Made by a program: the position numbers and the translations under genes
The notes under the pieces: generated by a model
Told to the model about the DNA's origin: nothing
The model's input: the letters and a program-made list of their open reading frames with translations, nothing else
The model's database searches: none
DNA from: Thermoplasmata archaeon
Lineage (GTDB): Archaea; Thermoplasmatota; Thermoplasmata; Lutacidiplasmatales; UBA184
Reading direction: 5' to 3'
Length of the DNA: 64,000 nt
NCBI GenBank assembly: GCA_027365105.1
Contig: DAHXNZ010000001.1
Span: 134,851 to 198,850 of the forward strand
Shown: piece after piece, positions 9,585-18,592 of the stretch
How positions within the stretch are numbered: the stretch's first letter is position 1
Layout: every line of letters begins with the position of its first letter

Positions 9585-10280
9585 ATGGTCAATGTCGACG
9601 AGGCGGTGATCGCCCGGTGGGAGACCGGGGGCTCCCGATTCGAGGTGCTCGTCGACCCGGCCGCGGTCCAGGCGATCAAGGACGGCCAGAAGGTCGACCT
9701 TTCCGACAAGCTCGCCCTCGAACAGATCTTTAAGGATGCCCGGAAGGGGGACAAGGTCTCCGACGAGCACCTCCAGCGGACCTTCCATACCCTGGACCTG
9801 GCCGAAATCGCCACGCAGATCATCCAGAAGGGGGATGTCCAGGTCACGACCGAGCAGCGGCACCAGCTGCAGGCGGTCAAGCTGCGCCAGATCGTGACCA
9901 CCATCGCCCGAAATGCGATGAACCCGCAGACGGGAGCGCCGCATCCGCCGGCCCGGATCGAGGCGGCGATGGCCGAGGCCAAGTTCCACGTCGACCCCTT
10001 CAAACCGGTCGACCAGCAGGTCCAGGAGGTCCTGGCGAAGCTCCGTCCGATCCTCCCGATCCGGTTCGATACCGTCCGGGTCAAGATCCACCTTCGGGCC
10101 CAGGACTACCCGCGGACGATCGGCGATCTCAAGGCGCAGGGCAAGCTGCTCGAGGAGATTTGGCTCTCCGACGGCTCCTGGAGCGGGATCCTGGAGATCC
10201 CCGCCGGCGTCCAGAGCGACCTCTATGCCCGGCTCAATGCCCGCACGAAGGGAACGGCCGAGACCGCTTTGGTTAAATAG
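9585..10280 (+). CDS. Ribosome maturation protein SBDS/Sdo1 homolog
   Basis: Internal ATG gives MVNVDEAVIARWETGGSRFEVLVDPAAVQAIKDG..., typical Shwachman-Bodian-Diamond family. Sits immediately after psmA, as in the conserved archaeal superoperon. Confidence 0.85.
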   Translation: MVNVDEAVIARWETGGSRFEVLVDPAAVQAIKDGQKVDLSDKLALEQIFKDARKGDKVSDEHLQRTFHTLDLAEIATQIIQKGDVQVTTEQRHQLQAVKLRQIVTTIARNAMNPQTGAPHPPARIEAAMAEAKFHVDPFKPVDQQVQEVLAKLRPILPIRFDTVRVKIHLRAQDYPRTIGDLKAQGKLLEEIWLSDGSWSGILEIPAGVQSDLYARLNARTKGTAETALVK

Positions 10281-10316
10281 CGTGCCCTTGTCCGAACCCC
10301 CGGTGCAGAAGGAACA

Positions 10317-11138
10317 ATGGGCAGAAGTCATCGACCCCATCGTCGGGGCGACCGCCACGACGAATCTTCCCCGGACTCCGGGGAGAGGGTCCTAGTCCTC
10401 CCGGGGGATCAGGTCGCCGGCCACGGTTGGAAGCCGGGCCGCGGCACCTACCGGGTCGGCGATCGGGTGTTCGCGAGCGTCCTCGGCCTCTACCAGCCCC
10501 GGCCCCCCCTCGCCCAGGTGGTGCCGCTCAACGGGCGGTACATCCCGAAGGAGGGCGACGAGGTCATCGGCACGGTCGTCGATGTTCAGGGCACCTTCTG
10601 GCTGCTCAACATCGGGGCCCCCCGCTGGGCGCCCCTCCACATGACCGGAACCCCCTGGTCGATCGAGATCGGCGAGACCCAGAAGTACCTGCATGTCGGC
10701 GATGCCGTCCTGGTCCGGGTCGAAAGCCTCGACCCGACCGGCCGCATCGGAGTCACGATGCTCGGCGACGATCTGGGCAAGCTGGAGGGCGGAACGATCA
10801 TCACGGTGAGCCCGGCCAAGATCCCCCGGGTCATCGGTCGCGGCGCTTCGATGATCCAGACGATCACCCGCCTGACCGGCGCCCGGGTGGCGGTCGGCCG
10901 CAACGGCCGGATCTGGATCGACGGCCCGCCCGAGGCGATCCAAAGGGTCGCCGAGTCGCTCCGGCTGATCGACGACGAAGGCCACCGCCCCGGCCTGACC
11001 GAGCGGGTCGAAAGCTACTTGGCCGCGACCGCCTCGTCGGCCGACGTGCTGATGCGCTCGACCCCGCGCTCGCTGGTCGACGCGGCCCCCGAGCGGGAAG
11101 GGCCGGAGCCGGACCGGTCGGGCCCGGAAGATCCGTAG
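10317..11138 (+). CDS. rrp4: Exosome complex RNA-binding subunit Rrp4 (S1 + KH)
   Basis: S1 domain (VLPGDQV...EGDEVIGTVVDVQG...WLLNIG) followed by KH (GASMIQTITRLTGARVAVGRNGRIWIDG). Operon position between SBDS and Rrp41. Confidence 0.85.
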   Translation: MGRSHRPHRRGDRHDESSPDSGERVLVLPGDQVAGHGWKPGRGTYRVGDRVFASVLGLYQPRPPLAQVVPLNGRYIPKEGDEVIGTVVDVQGTFWLLNIGAPRWAPLHMTGTPWSIEIGETQKYLHVGDAVLVRVESLDPTGRIGVTMLGDDLGKLEGGTIITVSPAKIPRVIGRGASMIQTITRLTGARVAVGRNGRIWIDGPPEAIQRVAESLRLIDDEGHRPGLTERVESYLAATASSADVLMRSTPRSLVDAAPEREGPEPDRSGPEDP

Positions 11139-11172
11139 GTCATTCCTCATTCCAGTCCACGGAGAAGCAACC

Positions 11173-11922
11173 ATGGGAAGTGTCGGAGCAAAAGAGGTCC
11201 CGGTCCTGATGACGCCGGACGGACGCCGGATCGACGGACGCCGGTGGGATGAACTGAGACCCATCCACATCGTCGCCGGTCCGCTGCGGCAGGCGGACGG
11301 TTCCGCGTTCGTCGAGTGGGGGGCCAACAAGGTCATGGCCGCGGTCTACGGCCCCCGGGAGGTCCACCCGCGCCACCTTCAGGAGAACCACCGGGCGATC
11401 GTCCAGTGCCGCTACAACATGGCGGCCTTCTCGGTCGACGAGCGCAAGCGACCCGGGCTCGACCGGCGATCCCAGGAGATCTCCAAGGTCATTGCCGAGG
11501 CGTTCGACTCGGTGGTCTTCGCCGAGGAGTTCCCCCGGACCAGCATTGACGTCTACATCGAGGTGCTCCAGGCGAACGCCGGGACCCGGTGCGCCGGGCT
11601 CGTGGCGGCCTCGGTGGCGCTCGCGGACGCCGGGATCCCGATGGTCGACCTCCTCCCGGCGGTCGCGGTCGGCAAGGTCGCGGGTGAGGTCGTCCTCGAC
11701 CTCAAGAAGGAGGAGGACAACTTCGGTGAGGCGGACCTCCCCATGGCGATGGTCCCCCAGTCCGGCCGGTTGGTGCTCCTTCAGATGGAAGGCCACATGA
11801 CGCGCGAAGAACTCTCGAAGGCGCTGGATCTCGGCGTCAAGGGGTGCCGGGAGGTCCACGAAAAGATGAAGGAAGCGCTGCGGGCGCGCTACACGACGAC
11901 CGACGCGGGGGCCGACGCATGA
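11173..11922 (+). CDS. rrp41: Exosome complex exonuclease Rrp41 (RNase PH-like)
   Basis: RNase PH fold motifs (DGRRWDELRPIHIVAGPLRQADGSAFVEWG...). 249 aa. ATGA overlap with Rrp42. Confidence 0.9.
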   Translation: MGSVGAKEVPVLMTPDGRRIDGRRWDELRPIHIVAGPLRQADGSAFVEWGANKVMAAVYGPREVHPRHLQENHRAIVQCRYNMAAFSVDERKRPGLDRRSQEISKVIAEAFDSVVFAEEFPRTSIDVYIEVLQANAGTRCAGLVAASVALADAGIPMVDLLPAVAVGKVAGEVVLDLKKEEDNFGEADLPMAMVPQSGRLVLLQMEGHMTREELSKALDLGVKGCREVHEKMKEALRARYTTTDAGADA

Positions 11923-12707
11923 GCGGCGAAGTCTCGGCCGAGATCCTGACGACCCACCTCCTCGACCTGGCGTCGAAGGGCAAGCGGCTCGACGGTCGCG
12001 GGATCGACGAGTACCGACCGATCCGGATCGAGCCCGGGTTTGCCGCCAACGCCGACGGGTCGGCCTTCGTCCACCTGGGCGACACGAAGGTGCTCTGCGG
12101 GGTCAAGCTCGAGCTTGGCAAGCCGTTCCCGGACACCCCGAACGCGGGGGTCCTCACGACCAACGCCGAGCTGATCCCTCTCTCCTCCCCGGCCTTCGAG
12201 CCGGGCCCCCCGACGACCACCGCGATCGAGACCTCCCGGGTCGTCGACCGGGCGATCCGGGCCGCCGAGACGATCGACCTCACCCAACTGTGCGTCACCC
12301 CCGGCGAAAAGAGCTGGGTCTGCTACGTGGACGTCCATGTGCTCGACCACTCGGGCAACCTGATCGACGCCGCGCTCCTCGCCGCGGTCGCCGCCCTCGC
12401 GCACGCGACCCTGCCGAGGAAGCGCTTCGGCGTGGCCGAGACCGACCTTCCCCTCGACGTGGTCCATTTCCCGATCGAGTGCACCTTCGTGCGGCTGGGC
12501 GACGCCCTCCTGGTCGACCCCACGTTCGATGAGGAGAAGGCCGCTCAGGGCCGGATCACCGTCGCCACCGACGAGACCGGCCGGATCGTCGCGATGCAGA
12601 AGGGCCTGGTCGGGGCGTTCTCTCCCGAAGACATTAAAGAGGTCGTCGAGCGTGCCTTCAAGCACGGCGACCGGATGCGCGCGCTCGCCCGGGGGGAGAG
12701 ACCGTGA
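11919..12707 (+). CDS. rrp42: Exosome complex subunit Rrp42 (inactive RNase PH-like)
   Basis: Starts MSGEVSAEILTTHLLDLASKGKRLDGRGIDEYRPIRIEPGF...; the track ORF begins 25 codons earlier. GTGA overlap with L37Ae. Confidence 0.9.
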   Translation: MSGEVSAEILTTHLLDLASKGKRLDGRGIDEYRPIRIEPGFAANADGSAFVHLGDTKVLCGVKLELGKPFPDTPNAGVLTTNAELIPLSSPAFEPGPPTTTAIETSRVVDRAIRAAETIDLTQLCVTPGEKSWVCYVDVHVLDHSGNLIDAALLAAVAALAHATLPRKRFGVAETDLPLDVVHFPIECTFVRLGDALLVDPTFDEEKAAQGRITVATDETGRIVAMQKGLVGAFSPEDIKEVVERAFKHGDRMRALARGERP

Positions 12708-12982
12708 GTCAGCGGACCAAGAAGGTCGGATCGACCGGATGGATGGGTGCCCGCTACGGGCTCCGGATCCGCCGGCGCGTCGGCGAACTCGACCGGATGC
12801 GGTCGCTCGACTCGGCCTGCCCTCGATGCGCCACCGTGACCGTTCGAAGGGTCTCGAGCGGGGTGTTCGAGTGCCGGCGCTGCCAGACCCGGTTCGCCTC
12901 GGGCGCCTACCTGTTCACCCCGGCGCCCCCGATCGCCCGCACCGAGGACGTGACTTCGGCGAAGGCCAGCGGCAAGGCTTAA
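12704..12982 (+). CDS. rpl37ae: 50S ribosomal protein L37Ae
   Basis: 92 aa with the C4 zinc ribbon (CPRCATVTV...FECRRCQ) and N-terminal RTKKVG. GTG start overlapping the Rrp42 stop. Confidence 0.9.
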   Translation: MSQRTKKVGSTGWMGARYGLRIRRRVGELDRMRSLDSACPRCATVTVRRVSSGVFECRRCQTRFASGAYLFTPAPPIARTEDVTSAKASGKA

Positions 12983-13007
12983 GGGGTCCGCGGAGCCATT
13001 CCACGCC

Positions 13008-13142
13008 ATGTTCCGGTGCATCCGTTGCGGGGAAGCGCTCCCCTCCGACTCCAATCTCTTCGGGGTCCGCTGCGACAACTGCGGCGGGAAGATCTTCACC
13101 AAAGAGCACCCCAACGTGAAGAAGGTCCTGAAGGCCCGGTGA
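13008..13142 (+). CDS. rpoP: DNA-directed RNA polymerase subunit P (RpoP/Rpb12 homolog), 44 aa
   Basis: Not in the ORF track because it is too short. Hand-translated: MFRCIRCGEALPSDSNLFGVRCDNCGGKIFTKEHPNVKKVLKAR, a C4 zinc ribbon. Lies directly downstream of L37Ae, as in the conserved exosome superoperon. Confidence 0.8.
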   Translation: MFRCIRCGEALPSDSNLFGVRCDNCGGKIFTKEHPNVKKVLKAR

Positions 13143-13213
13143 GACGACTTTGGCCGGACGGCACCGCCCACCCCCGGGCGAGCCGTTAAACCCCGACGGC
13201 CGGTTCGCGACCC

Positions 13214-13897
13214 ATGGCCCTGCCCGTGCTGCCGTGGGGAGTCGCGAGCCTGGACCGGCTCCTGGGGGGCGGGCTGGAGACCGACTGCGTCACCGAGCTC
13301 TACGGCGAGGGGGGAAGCGGGAAGACCATCCTCTGCCTCCAGGCCACCGTCCAGGCGACCCGGGACGATGCCTGGGTCATCTACGTGGACGCCGAGGGGG
13401 TGAGCCCGAACCGGCTCGCCCAGGTTTCGGGCGACCGGTGGTCCCATGTCCTCGAGCACCTGCTGTTGTCGACCCCCCGGAGCCTCGACGAGCACACCCG
13501 GGCGGTCCGGGCCGCCGGGGTCCTGGCCCGGGACGACCGCCGGAAGGTCGGGCTCGTGGTCGTCGATTCGGTGACCTACTTCTACCGTCTGGCCCTCTCG
13601 GGCGACACCGAGGAGGCTGCCCGCCAGTCGCTCGCCGTCGAGGTGGCCGACCTGGTCTCGGTCGCGCTCCAGAAGGGCATCCCCGTCCTGGTCACGAACC
13701 AGGTCTGGCGGAACCCCCGCGACGGCACCCTCGAACCGCTCGGCGGAAGCTTCCTCCAGCACGCGGCGAAGACGATCCTGCGGCTCGACCGGGGCGACGG
13801 CCCGTACCGGCGCGCGGTCCTGATGAAGCACCGCTCCCGCCCGGAAGGGGCCGCCGAGTTCCGGATCACCGACACCGGCGTCGAGAGCCTCGGTTGA
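13214..13897 (+). CDS. radB: DNA repair and recombination protein RadB
   Basis: 227 aa RecA-fold protein with Walker A YGEGGSGKT and Walker B LVVVDS. It has only the single RecA domain (KaiC has two). Confidence 0.8.
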   Translation: MALPVLPWGVASLDRLLGGGLETDCVTELYGEGGSGKTILCLQATVQATRDDAWVIYVDAEGVSPNRLAQVSGDRWSHVLEHLLLSTPRSLDEHTRAVRAAGVLARDDRRKVGLVVVDSVTYFYRLALSGDTEEAARQSLAVEVADLVSVALQKGIPVLVTNQVWRNPRDGTLEPLGGSFLQHAAKTILRLDRGDGPYRRAVLMKHRSRPEGAAEFRITDTGVESLG

Positions 13898-13930
13898 AAC
13901 CGAGATAAGCGCCCGAGGGGTCCGGGAATC

Positions 13931-14554
13931 GTGCCCGACGACCGGCTCGAGGTGGCCGACGTGCCCACTCCGATTGGAGCGTTCCGGATCGTCTACCGAG
14001 GGCGGGCGGTCTTCGTGGTCGACTTGGTCGAACGTGGGGCCCCCCAGACCGGGACCCCGGTCGAGGCGGTCCGACGGCGGCCGCCGTTTCCCTCGGGGAG
14101 CCCGCCCCGTCAGCTGGCCGAGTACTTCCGCTCCGAGCGGGATCGCTTCGACCTGACGCCGAAGCCGGTCTCGGTGTCGGGCTTCGATCAGGCGGTCTGG
14201 GCCCGCCTCGAAGAGGTGCCGATCGGCTCGACAATCACCTACGGGGAGCTCGCCCGCCGGGCCGGCTTCCCGGGTTCGGCCCGGGCGGTCGGCGGTTCAA
14301 TGCACCGCAACCCGCTCCCGATCGTCATCCCCTGCCACCGGGTGATCGGCCAGGACGGCTCGGTCACCGGCTACGGGCTCGGCCGGTGGCGCAAACGCTG
14401 GCTGCTGGAACGGGAAGGGGCCTGGCCGTTGCGGGCCCGATCGGTCGAAGGCCCGAAGGGCGGTCCGGCCCAGCGGACCCTGGACGACCTGGCCGGCCGC
14501 CGCCGGATCGTCGGGCGCCGGCCCCGACCGGGTCGCCGGGCCCCTTCGGCGTGA
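13931..14554 (+). CDS. ogt: Methylated-DNA--protein-cysteine methyltransferase (Ogt/MGMT)
   Basis: Active-site PCHRVIG motif with the helix-turn-helix YGELARRAG upstream. The C-terminal ~40 aa are probably read-through before the first stop. Confidence 0.8.
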   Translation: MPDDRLEVADVPTPIGAFRIVYRGRAVFVVDLVERGAPQTGTPVEAVRRRPPFPSGSPPRQLAEYFRSERDRFDLTPKPVSVSGFDQAVWARLEEVPIGSTITYGELARRAGFPGSARAVGGSMHRNPLPIVIPCHRVIGQDGSVTGYGLGRWRKRWLLEREGAWPLRARSVEGPKGGPAQRTLDDLAGRRRIVGRRPRPGRRAPSA

Positions 14555-14580
14555 ATCGGCCGGCCCCGCCGGGAAGCCGC

Positions 14581-16782
14581 CTACCCGGAGTAGTAGGCGG
14601 CGTCGTACGGCTCGGGCTTGAGGCCCCGACGCTGGCGGACCTGGGCGACCACGCCGCCCTGCATCTCGGTCGGGACCGGCTCGAAGCCCATCGACTCGGT
14701 GGACCAGAGGACCTTCCCGGCCGTGGCGCTTCGGATGTCCGAAGCGAACCCGAACATCTCCGCGACCGGGAGCTTGGCCACCACGGTCTGCAGATCGCCG
14801 ACATTGGTCATGTCGAGGATCTCCCCCCGCCGCCGCTGGAGTTCCCGGGTCGCCCCCGAGAGGACGTCCTGCGGCACGTTGACCGTGACCTTCTGGAACG
14901 GCTCGAGCAGAATCCGTCCCGCGAGAACCATCGCCCCATAGACGCCCGACCGGGCGGCCGGAATCGTCTGGGCCGGTCCGCGGTGGATGGAGTCCTCGTG
15001 GAGCTTCGCATCGACCAGGCGGACCTTGACCCCGTAGACCTTCTCGTTGGCGAGCGGACCCCGGTTCATCGCCTCCTTGAAGGCGTCGATGACGAGTTCC
15101 ATCGTCTCGTTGAGGTACTGGATCCCCTTCGTGACGTCGAAGAGGATGTTGGTCCCCTCGACCGCGACCAGTCCGCGGCCCTCGTCCCGCTCGATGCCGA
15201 GGCTCTCGAACTTGGTGACCAGGCTCTTGAGGTCCTTGAACGACTTGCCCTGCGGGATCTCGCCGTCCTTGATCGCCTGAATGACCGGCTCGGGGAGAGG
15301 TTCCACCTCGAAGTAGAACTTGTTGTGCTTGTTCGGCGACTTGCCTTCGAAGGGGCCGCCCGGTCCCTTGACCGATTCCCGGTAGACGACGATCGGCTTC
15401 GACCCCTGGATCTCGACCTTGTAGTCGTTCTGGATCCGGTATTGGGTGATCTCGAGGTGGAGTTCGCCCATGCCGGAGAGGAGGTGCTCCCCGGTTTCGG
15501 GGTTGATCTCGACCTTCAGGCTGGCGTCCTCTTTGGCGATCTTGCGCATCGTCTCGATGAGCTTCGGCAGATCGCCCATATGCTTCGGCTCGATCGCGAC
15601 GGTCACGACCGGTTCCGACACGTGCCGGATCTCCTCGAAGGGCGTCATGTCGGCGGTCGTGCCCATCGTCGTTCCCGCGTAGGCGTCGCTGAGCCCGATG
15701 ACGGCGGCGATGTTGCCGGCAGTCACCTCGTCGACCATGAGCCGTTCGGGGCCCATGAAGAGCGAGACATGCTGGACCCGGTTCTTGACCTTCGAACCGG
15801 CGACGGAGAGCTCCATCCCCTTCGCGATCCGGCCCGAGAAGAGCCGCCCGGTGGCGATCTCGCCGGCGCTGGGATCCATCGTGATGTCGGTGACCATGAA
15901 GGAGGTGGGGCCGTCGGCGTCGGTGGTGAGCATCGCCTGGCCGATGGGCGAGGTCACATCGCCGCGCCAGATGTTCGGGATCCGGTACTTCTGGGCGACG
16001 TGGGGGCTCGGCAGATGACGGACGACCATATCGAAGACGACGTCGTTGATCTTCGCCCGTTGGGCGATCTCCTTGGTCCGCCCGGTCGAAACGTACTCGA
16101 TGATGTCCGGGAACTTGACGCCGGTTTTGAGCATGTACGGTACGCTGATCGCCCAGTTGTCATAGCCGGAGCCGAACGCCACCGAACCGTCCCGGGGATC
16201 CACGCTCCACTCGTCGACGAACTCGTCCGGCGCCATGCGCCGGATCAGCTCGTTGACCTCGGAGATGATGGTGGTGAACCGCTTCTGGAGCGCGTCGGCG
16301 GTGAGCTGGAGCTCCTTGATCGCCCGGTCGACCTTGTTGATGAAGAGGACCGGCTTGACCTTCTCCCGGAGGGCCTGCCGAAGGACCGTCTCGGTCTGGG
16401 CCATGACCCCCTCGACGGCGCAGACGACGACGATGGCCCCGTCGACGGCCCGCATCGCCCGCGTGACGTCTCCGCCGAAGTCCACGTGGCCCGGCGTGTC
16501 GATGAGGTTGATCAGGTACTGCTCCTGGTTGAACTCGTGGACGATCGTCACGTCGGCGTTGTTGATCGTCAGCAGCCGGGCCTGCTCCTGCTCGTCAAAG
16601 TTGAGGTAGAGCTGCTTGCCGGCGAGATCGTTCGAGATCATGCCGGCCGCGGCGAGCAGGTTGTCGCTCAGCGTCGTCTTGCCGTGATGGATATGGGCCA
16701 CGATCCCGATGTTCCGGATCCGGTCCACATTGTGCATCATGCCGGGGATGGCCTTGGCCAGTTCGCTCCGGATATGGGTCAT
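14581..16782 (-). CDS. fusA: Elongation factor 2 (aEF-2)
   Basis: MTHIRSELAKAIPGMMHNVDRIRNIGIVAHIHHGKTTLSDNLL... with the GTPase G1-G5 motifs. 733 aa. Last gene of the S12-S7-EF2 operon. Confidence 0.95.
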   Translation of the reverse strand: MTHIRSELAKAIPGMMHNVDRIRNIGIVAHIHHGKTTLSDNLLAAAGMISNDLAGKQLYLNFDEQEQARLLTINNADVTIVHEFNQEQYLINLIDTPGHVDFGGDVTRAMRAVDGAIVVVCAVEGVMAQTETVLRQALREKVKPVLFINKVDRAIKELQLTADALQKRFTTIISEVNELIRRMAPDEFVDEWSVDPRDGSVAFGSGYDNWAISVPYMLKTGVKFPDIIEYVSTGRTKEIAQRAKINDVVFDMVVRHLPSPHVAQKYRIPNIWRGDVTSPIGQAMLTTDADGPTSFMVTDITMDPSAGEIATGRLFSGRIAKGMELSVAGSKVKNRVQHVSLFMGPERLMVDEVTAGNIAAVIGLSDAYAGTTMGTTADMTPFEEIRHVSEPVVTVAIEPKHMGDLPKLIETMRKIAKEDASLKVEINPETGEHLLSGMGELHLEITQYRIQNDYKVEIQGSKPIVVYRESVKGPGGPFEGKSPNKHNKFYFEVEPLPEPVIQAIKDGEIPQGKSFKDLKSLVTKFESLGIERDEGRGLVAVEGTNILFDVTKGIQYLNETMELVIDAFKEAMNRGPLANEKVYGVKVRLVDAKLHEDSIHRGPAQTIPAARSGVYGAMVLAGRILLEPFQKVTVNVPQDVLSGATRELQRRRGEILDMTNVGDLQTVVAKLPVAEMFGFASDIRSATAGKVLWSTESMGFEPVPTEMQGGVVAQVRQRRGLKPEPYDAAYYSG

Positions 16783-16800
16783 GCTGCGACTCCTCGGTCC

Positions 16801-17469
16801 CTACCGGGCCGACTGGGCGACCCGTTCGAGTTCCTCTTTCCGGCCCACAGCAAAGCTGGTGGCGTCGCCCTTCGCGGCGAGTTCAATCTCGCGCGCGAGG
16901 CAGCTGTGGATCGCCTTGGTCGACTTGTGGGAGGCCTGAATCGAGCCCAGGGCGATGTTCCGGAGCGCGACGTTGACGCGCCGGCTCGGCGAGGCGTCGA
17001 CCGCCCGGGGGACCGAAATCCCGCCGAACTGGAGCCGGGTGACCTCCTCGCGCGGGGCGGCGTTCTCGACCGCGTCGACGAGCCGCTGGAGCGGGTTCGT
17101 CGGATCGGAGGCCGCCAGCTCGTCGAACGCGCGCCGGATCGTGGTCATCGCCTTCGACTTCTTGCCGGTGAACCGGGCGCCTTTCATGAGGCTGTTGGCG
17201 AGGCGCTCCACCAGGTGCATCCGGTTCTTCTGGAACGGACGGCCCGACAGACGGCCCTCGGTGTGCATCGCGTAGGACGGATGGAGGTAGAGGTACGGGG
17301 CGAGCCCGGGATCGTGGACCTCCACGCCCTCGAAGGGGTACTTCCCGAAGAGGGGGGGGATGGGGAAGGTCGGTGCGGGCGGGGCCTCGGGACGCTGGAT
17401 GACCGGGCCGTGTTCGCCCTCGTCGGTCGGCTCGTCTCGGGGGCGGTACGACTCTGGACCCTCGCTCAT
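16801..17469 (-). CDS. rps7: 30S ribosomal protein S7
   Basis: ...[20 protein letters not shown]...[19 protein letters not shown]... is the typical archaeal S7. ATGA overlap with S12. Confidence 0.9.
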   Translation of the reverse strand: MSEGPESYRPRDEPTDEGEHGPVIQRPEAPPAPTFPIPPLFGKYPFEGVEVHDPGLAPYLYLHPSYAMHTEGRLSGRPFQKNRMHLVERLANSLMKGARFTGKKSKAMTTIRRAFDELAASDPTNPLQRLVDAVENAAPREEVTRLQFGGISVPRAVDASPSRRVNVALRNIALGSIQASHKSTKAIHSCLAREIELAAKGDATSFAVGRKEELERVAQSAR

Positions 17470-17900
17470 CGTTGCGCCTTCTCCTTCCGGCCCCGGACCA
17501 GCTCGTCGAGCGAGATCCCGTTCACCTGGATGACCTTGTACCGGACCCCGGGGATATCGCCGTAGGAACGGCCCATCCGTCCTCCGATCCCCTCGACCAT
17601 CACTTCATCGTGCTCGTCAATGAAGTTGATCGCGCCGTCTCCGACAGCAAAGGCGGTGACCTGGCGGCCATTCTTGATCAGCTGGACCTTGACGCACTTT
17701 CGGATCGCCGAGTTGGGCTGCTTCGCCTCGACGCCCACCTTCTCGATGACGATCCCGCGTCCCTGGGGGGCCCCTTCGAGGGGATCCGCCCGCTCTTTGA
17801 GGTGGAGAGTGCGGCGCTTGTAGTAGCGGTCCGACCAGCGTCGCCGCTGGCGAAGCTGCTCCAGCTTTCCCGCAGTATTGATACCGGACGGCGGAGTCAT
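17466..17900 (-). CDS. rps12: 30S ribosomal protein S12
   Basis: ATG at 17900 gives [78 protein letters not shown].... The track ORF adds 33 junk codons. Confidence 0.9.
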   Translation of the reverse strand: MTPPSGINTAGKLEQLRQRRRWSDRYYKRRTLHLKERADPLEGAPQGRGIVIEKVGVEAKQPNSAIRKCVKVQLIKNGRQVTAFAVGDGAINFIDEHDEVMVEGIGGRMGRSYGDIPGVRYKVIQVNGISLDELVRGRKEKAQR

Positions 17901-17923
17901 ATGGATGGAAGGGTCGGAGCCAC

Positions 17924-18592
17924 ATGGCCGTGCTATATAAGATTCGTCCCGAGAACCGGGCCCGGCCGACGCGGCCGACGGCCGTCGGGTCCCGGCCACC
18001 GGACTGGGGGGAGGCGTGGGCAGAGCTCTCGGCGGAGATTGCCGCGTGCCATCGCTGCCCCCTGCAGCGCGGCCGGACGGTCATCTTCCGGGGATCCCTC
18101 ACCCCCGAGATCGTCTTCATCGGGGAGGCGCCCGGTGCCTCCGAGGACCGGGCCGGCCTCCCGTTTGTCGGCCGGGCCGGGCGGATCCTGGACGGCGCCC
18201 TTGACTCGATCGGGATCGGAGCCGAACGGTATGGCATCCTCAACCTCCTCAAGTGCCGGCCCCCGATGAACCGGTTCGACCCGGTGGCGGCCCGGGCGTG
18301 CGCCCCCTTTCTCTCTCGGCAGCTCGACCTCCTGAGGCCCCGGCGCCTCGTCAGCCTCGGAGCCCACGCGCTTCGGGCGCTTGATCCTTCGGCTCCCGCG
18401 ATCCTGGAGGCGGCCGGGCATCCCCGGACGGCGCTCGGCCGCCCGCTCTTCCCGATGATCCATCCGGCGGCGACCCTCCGATCGGGCCGCTACTCCGATC
18501 GCTGGGGCCGGGATCTCCAACGGCTGGCCGGGTGGCTGGAGGCCGCCGCCGACCGAACCGCTAAGACCGCCCGTCCCCTGAGGGAACCGTGA
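17924..18592 (+). CDS. udg: Uracil-DNA glycosylase, family 4
   Basis: Fe-S family-4 UDG motifs: [24 protein letters not shown]. Its stop overlaps the GTG start of PolB (GTGA). Confidence 0.85.
   Translation: MAVLYKIRPENRARPTRPTAVGSRPPDWGEAWAELSAEIAACHRCPLQRGRTVIFRGSLTPEIVFIGEAPGASEDRAGLPFVGRAGRILDGALDSIGIGAERYGILNLLKCRPPMNRFDPVAARACAPFLSRQLDLLRPRRLVSLGAHALRALDPSAPAILEAAGHPRTALGRPLFPMIHPAATLRSGRYSDRWGRDLQRLAGWLEAAADRTAKTARPLREP
17934..17940 (-). promoter_or_regulatory. Putative TATA box (ttatata on minus strand) ~35-40 nt upstream of the S12 ATG; lies inside the 5' end of the divergent UDG gene
   Basis: tatataa is the only AT-rich heptamer in the locus. S12 and UDG starts are only 23 bp apart, so their promoters must overlap coding sequence. 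Confidence 0.4.

Noticed and set aside
14386-17565. 1059-aa plus-strand ORF
   Set aside because: Antisense to EF-2 and S7. Low-complexity Arg/Gly/Asp/Pro composition typical of high-GC antisense frames; no motifs.
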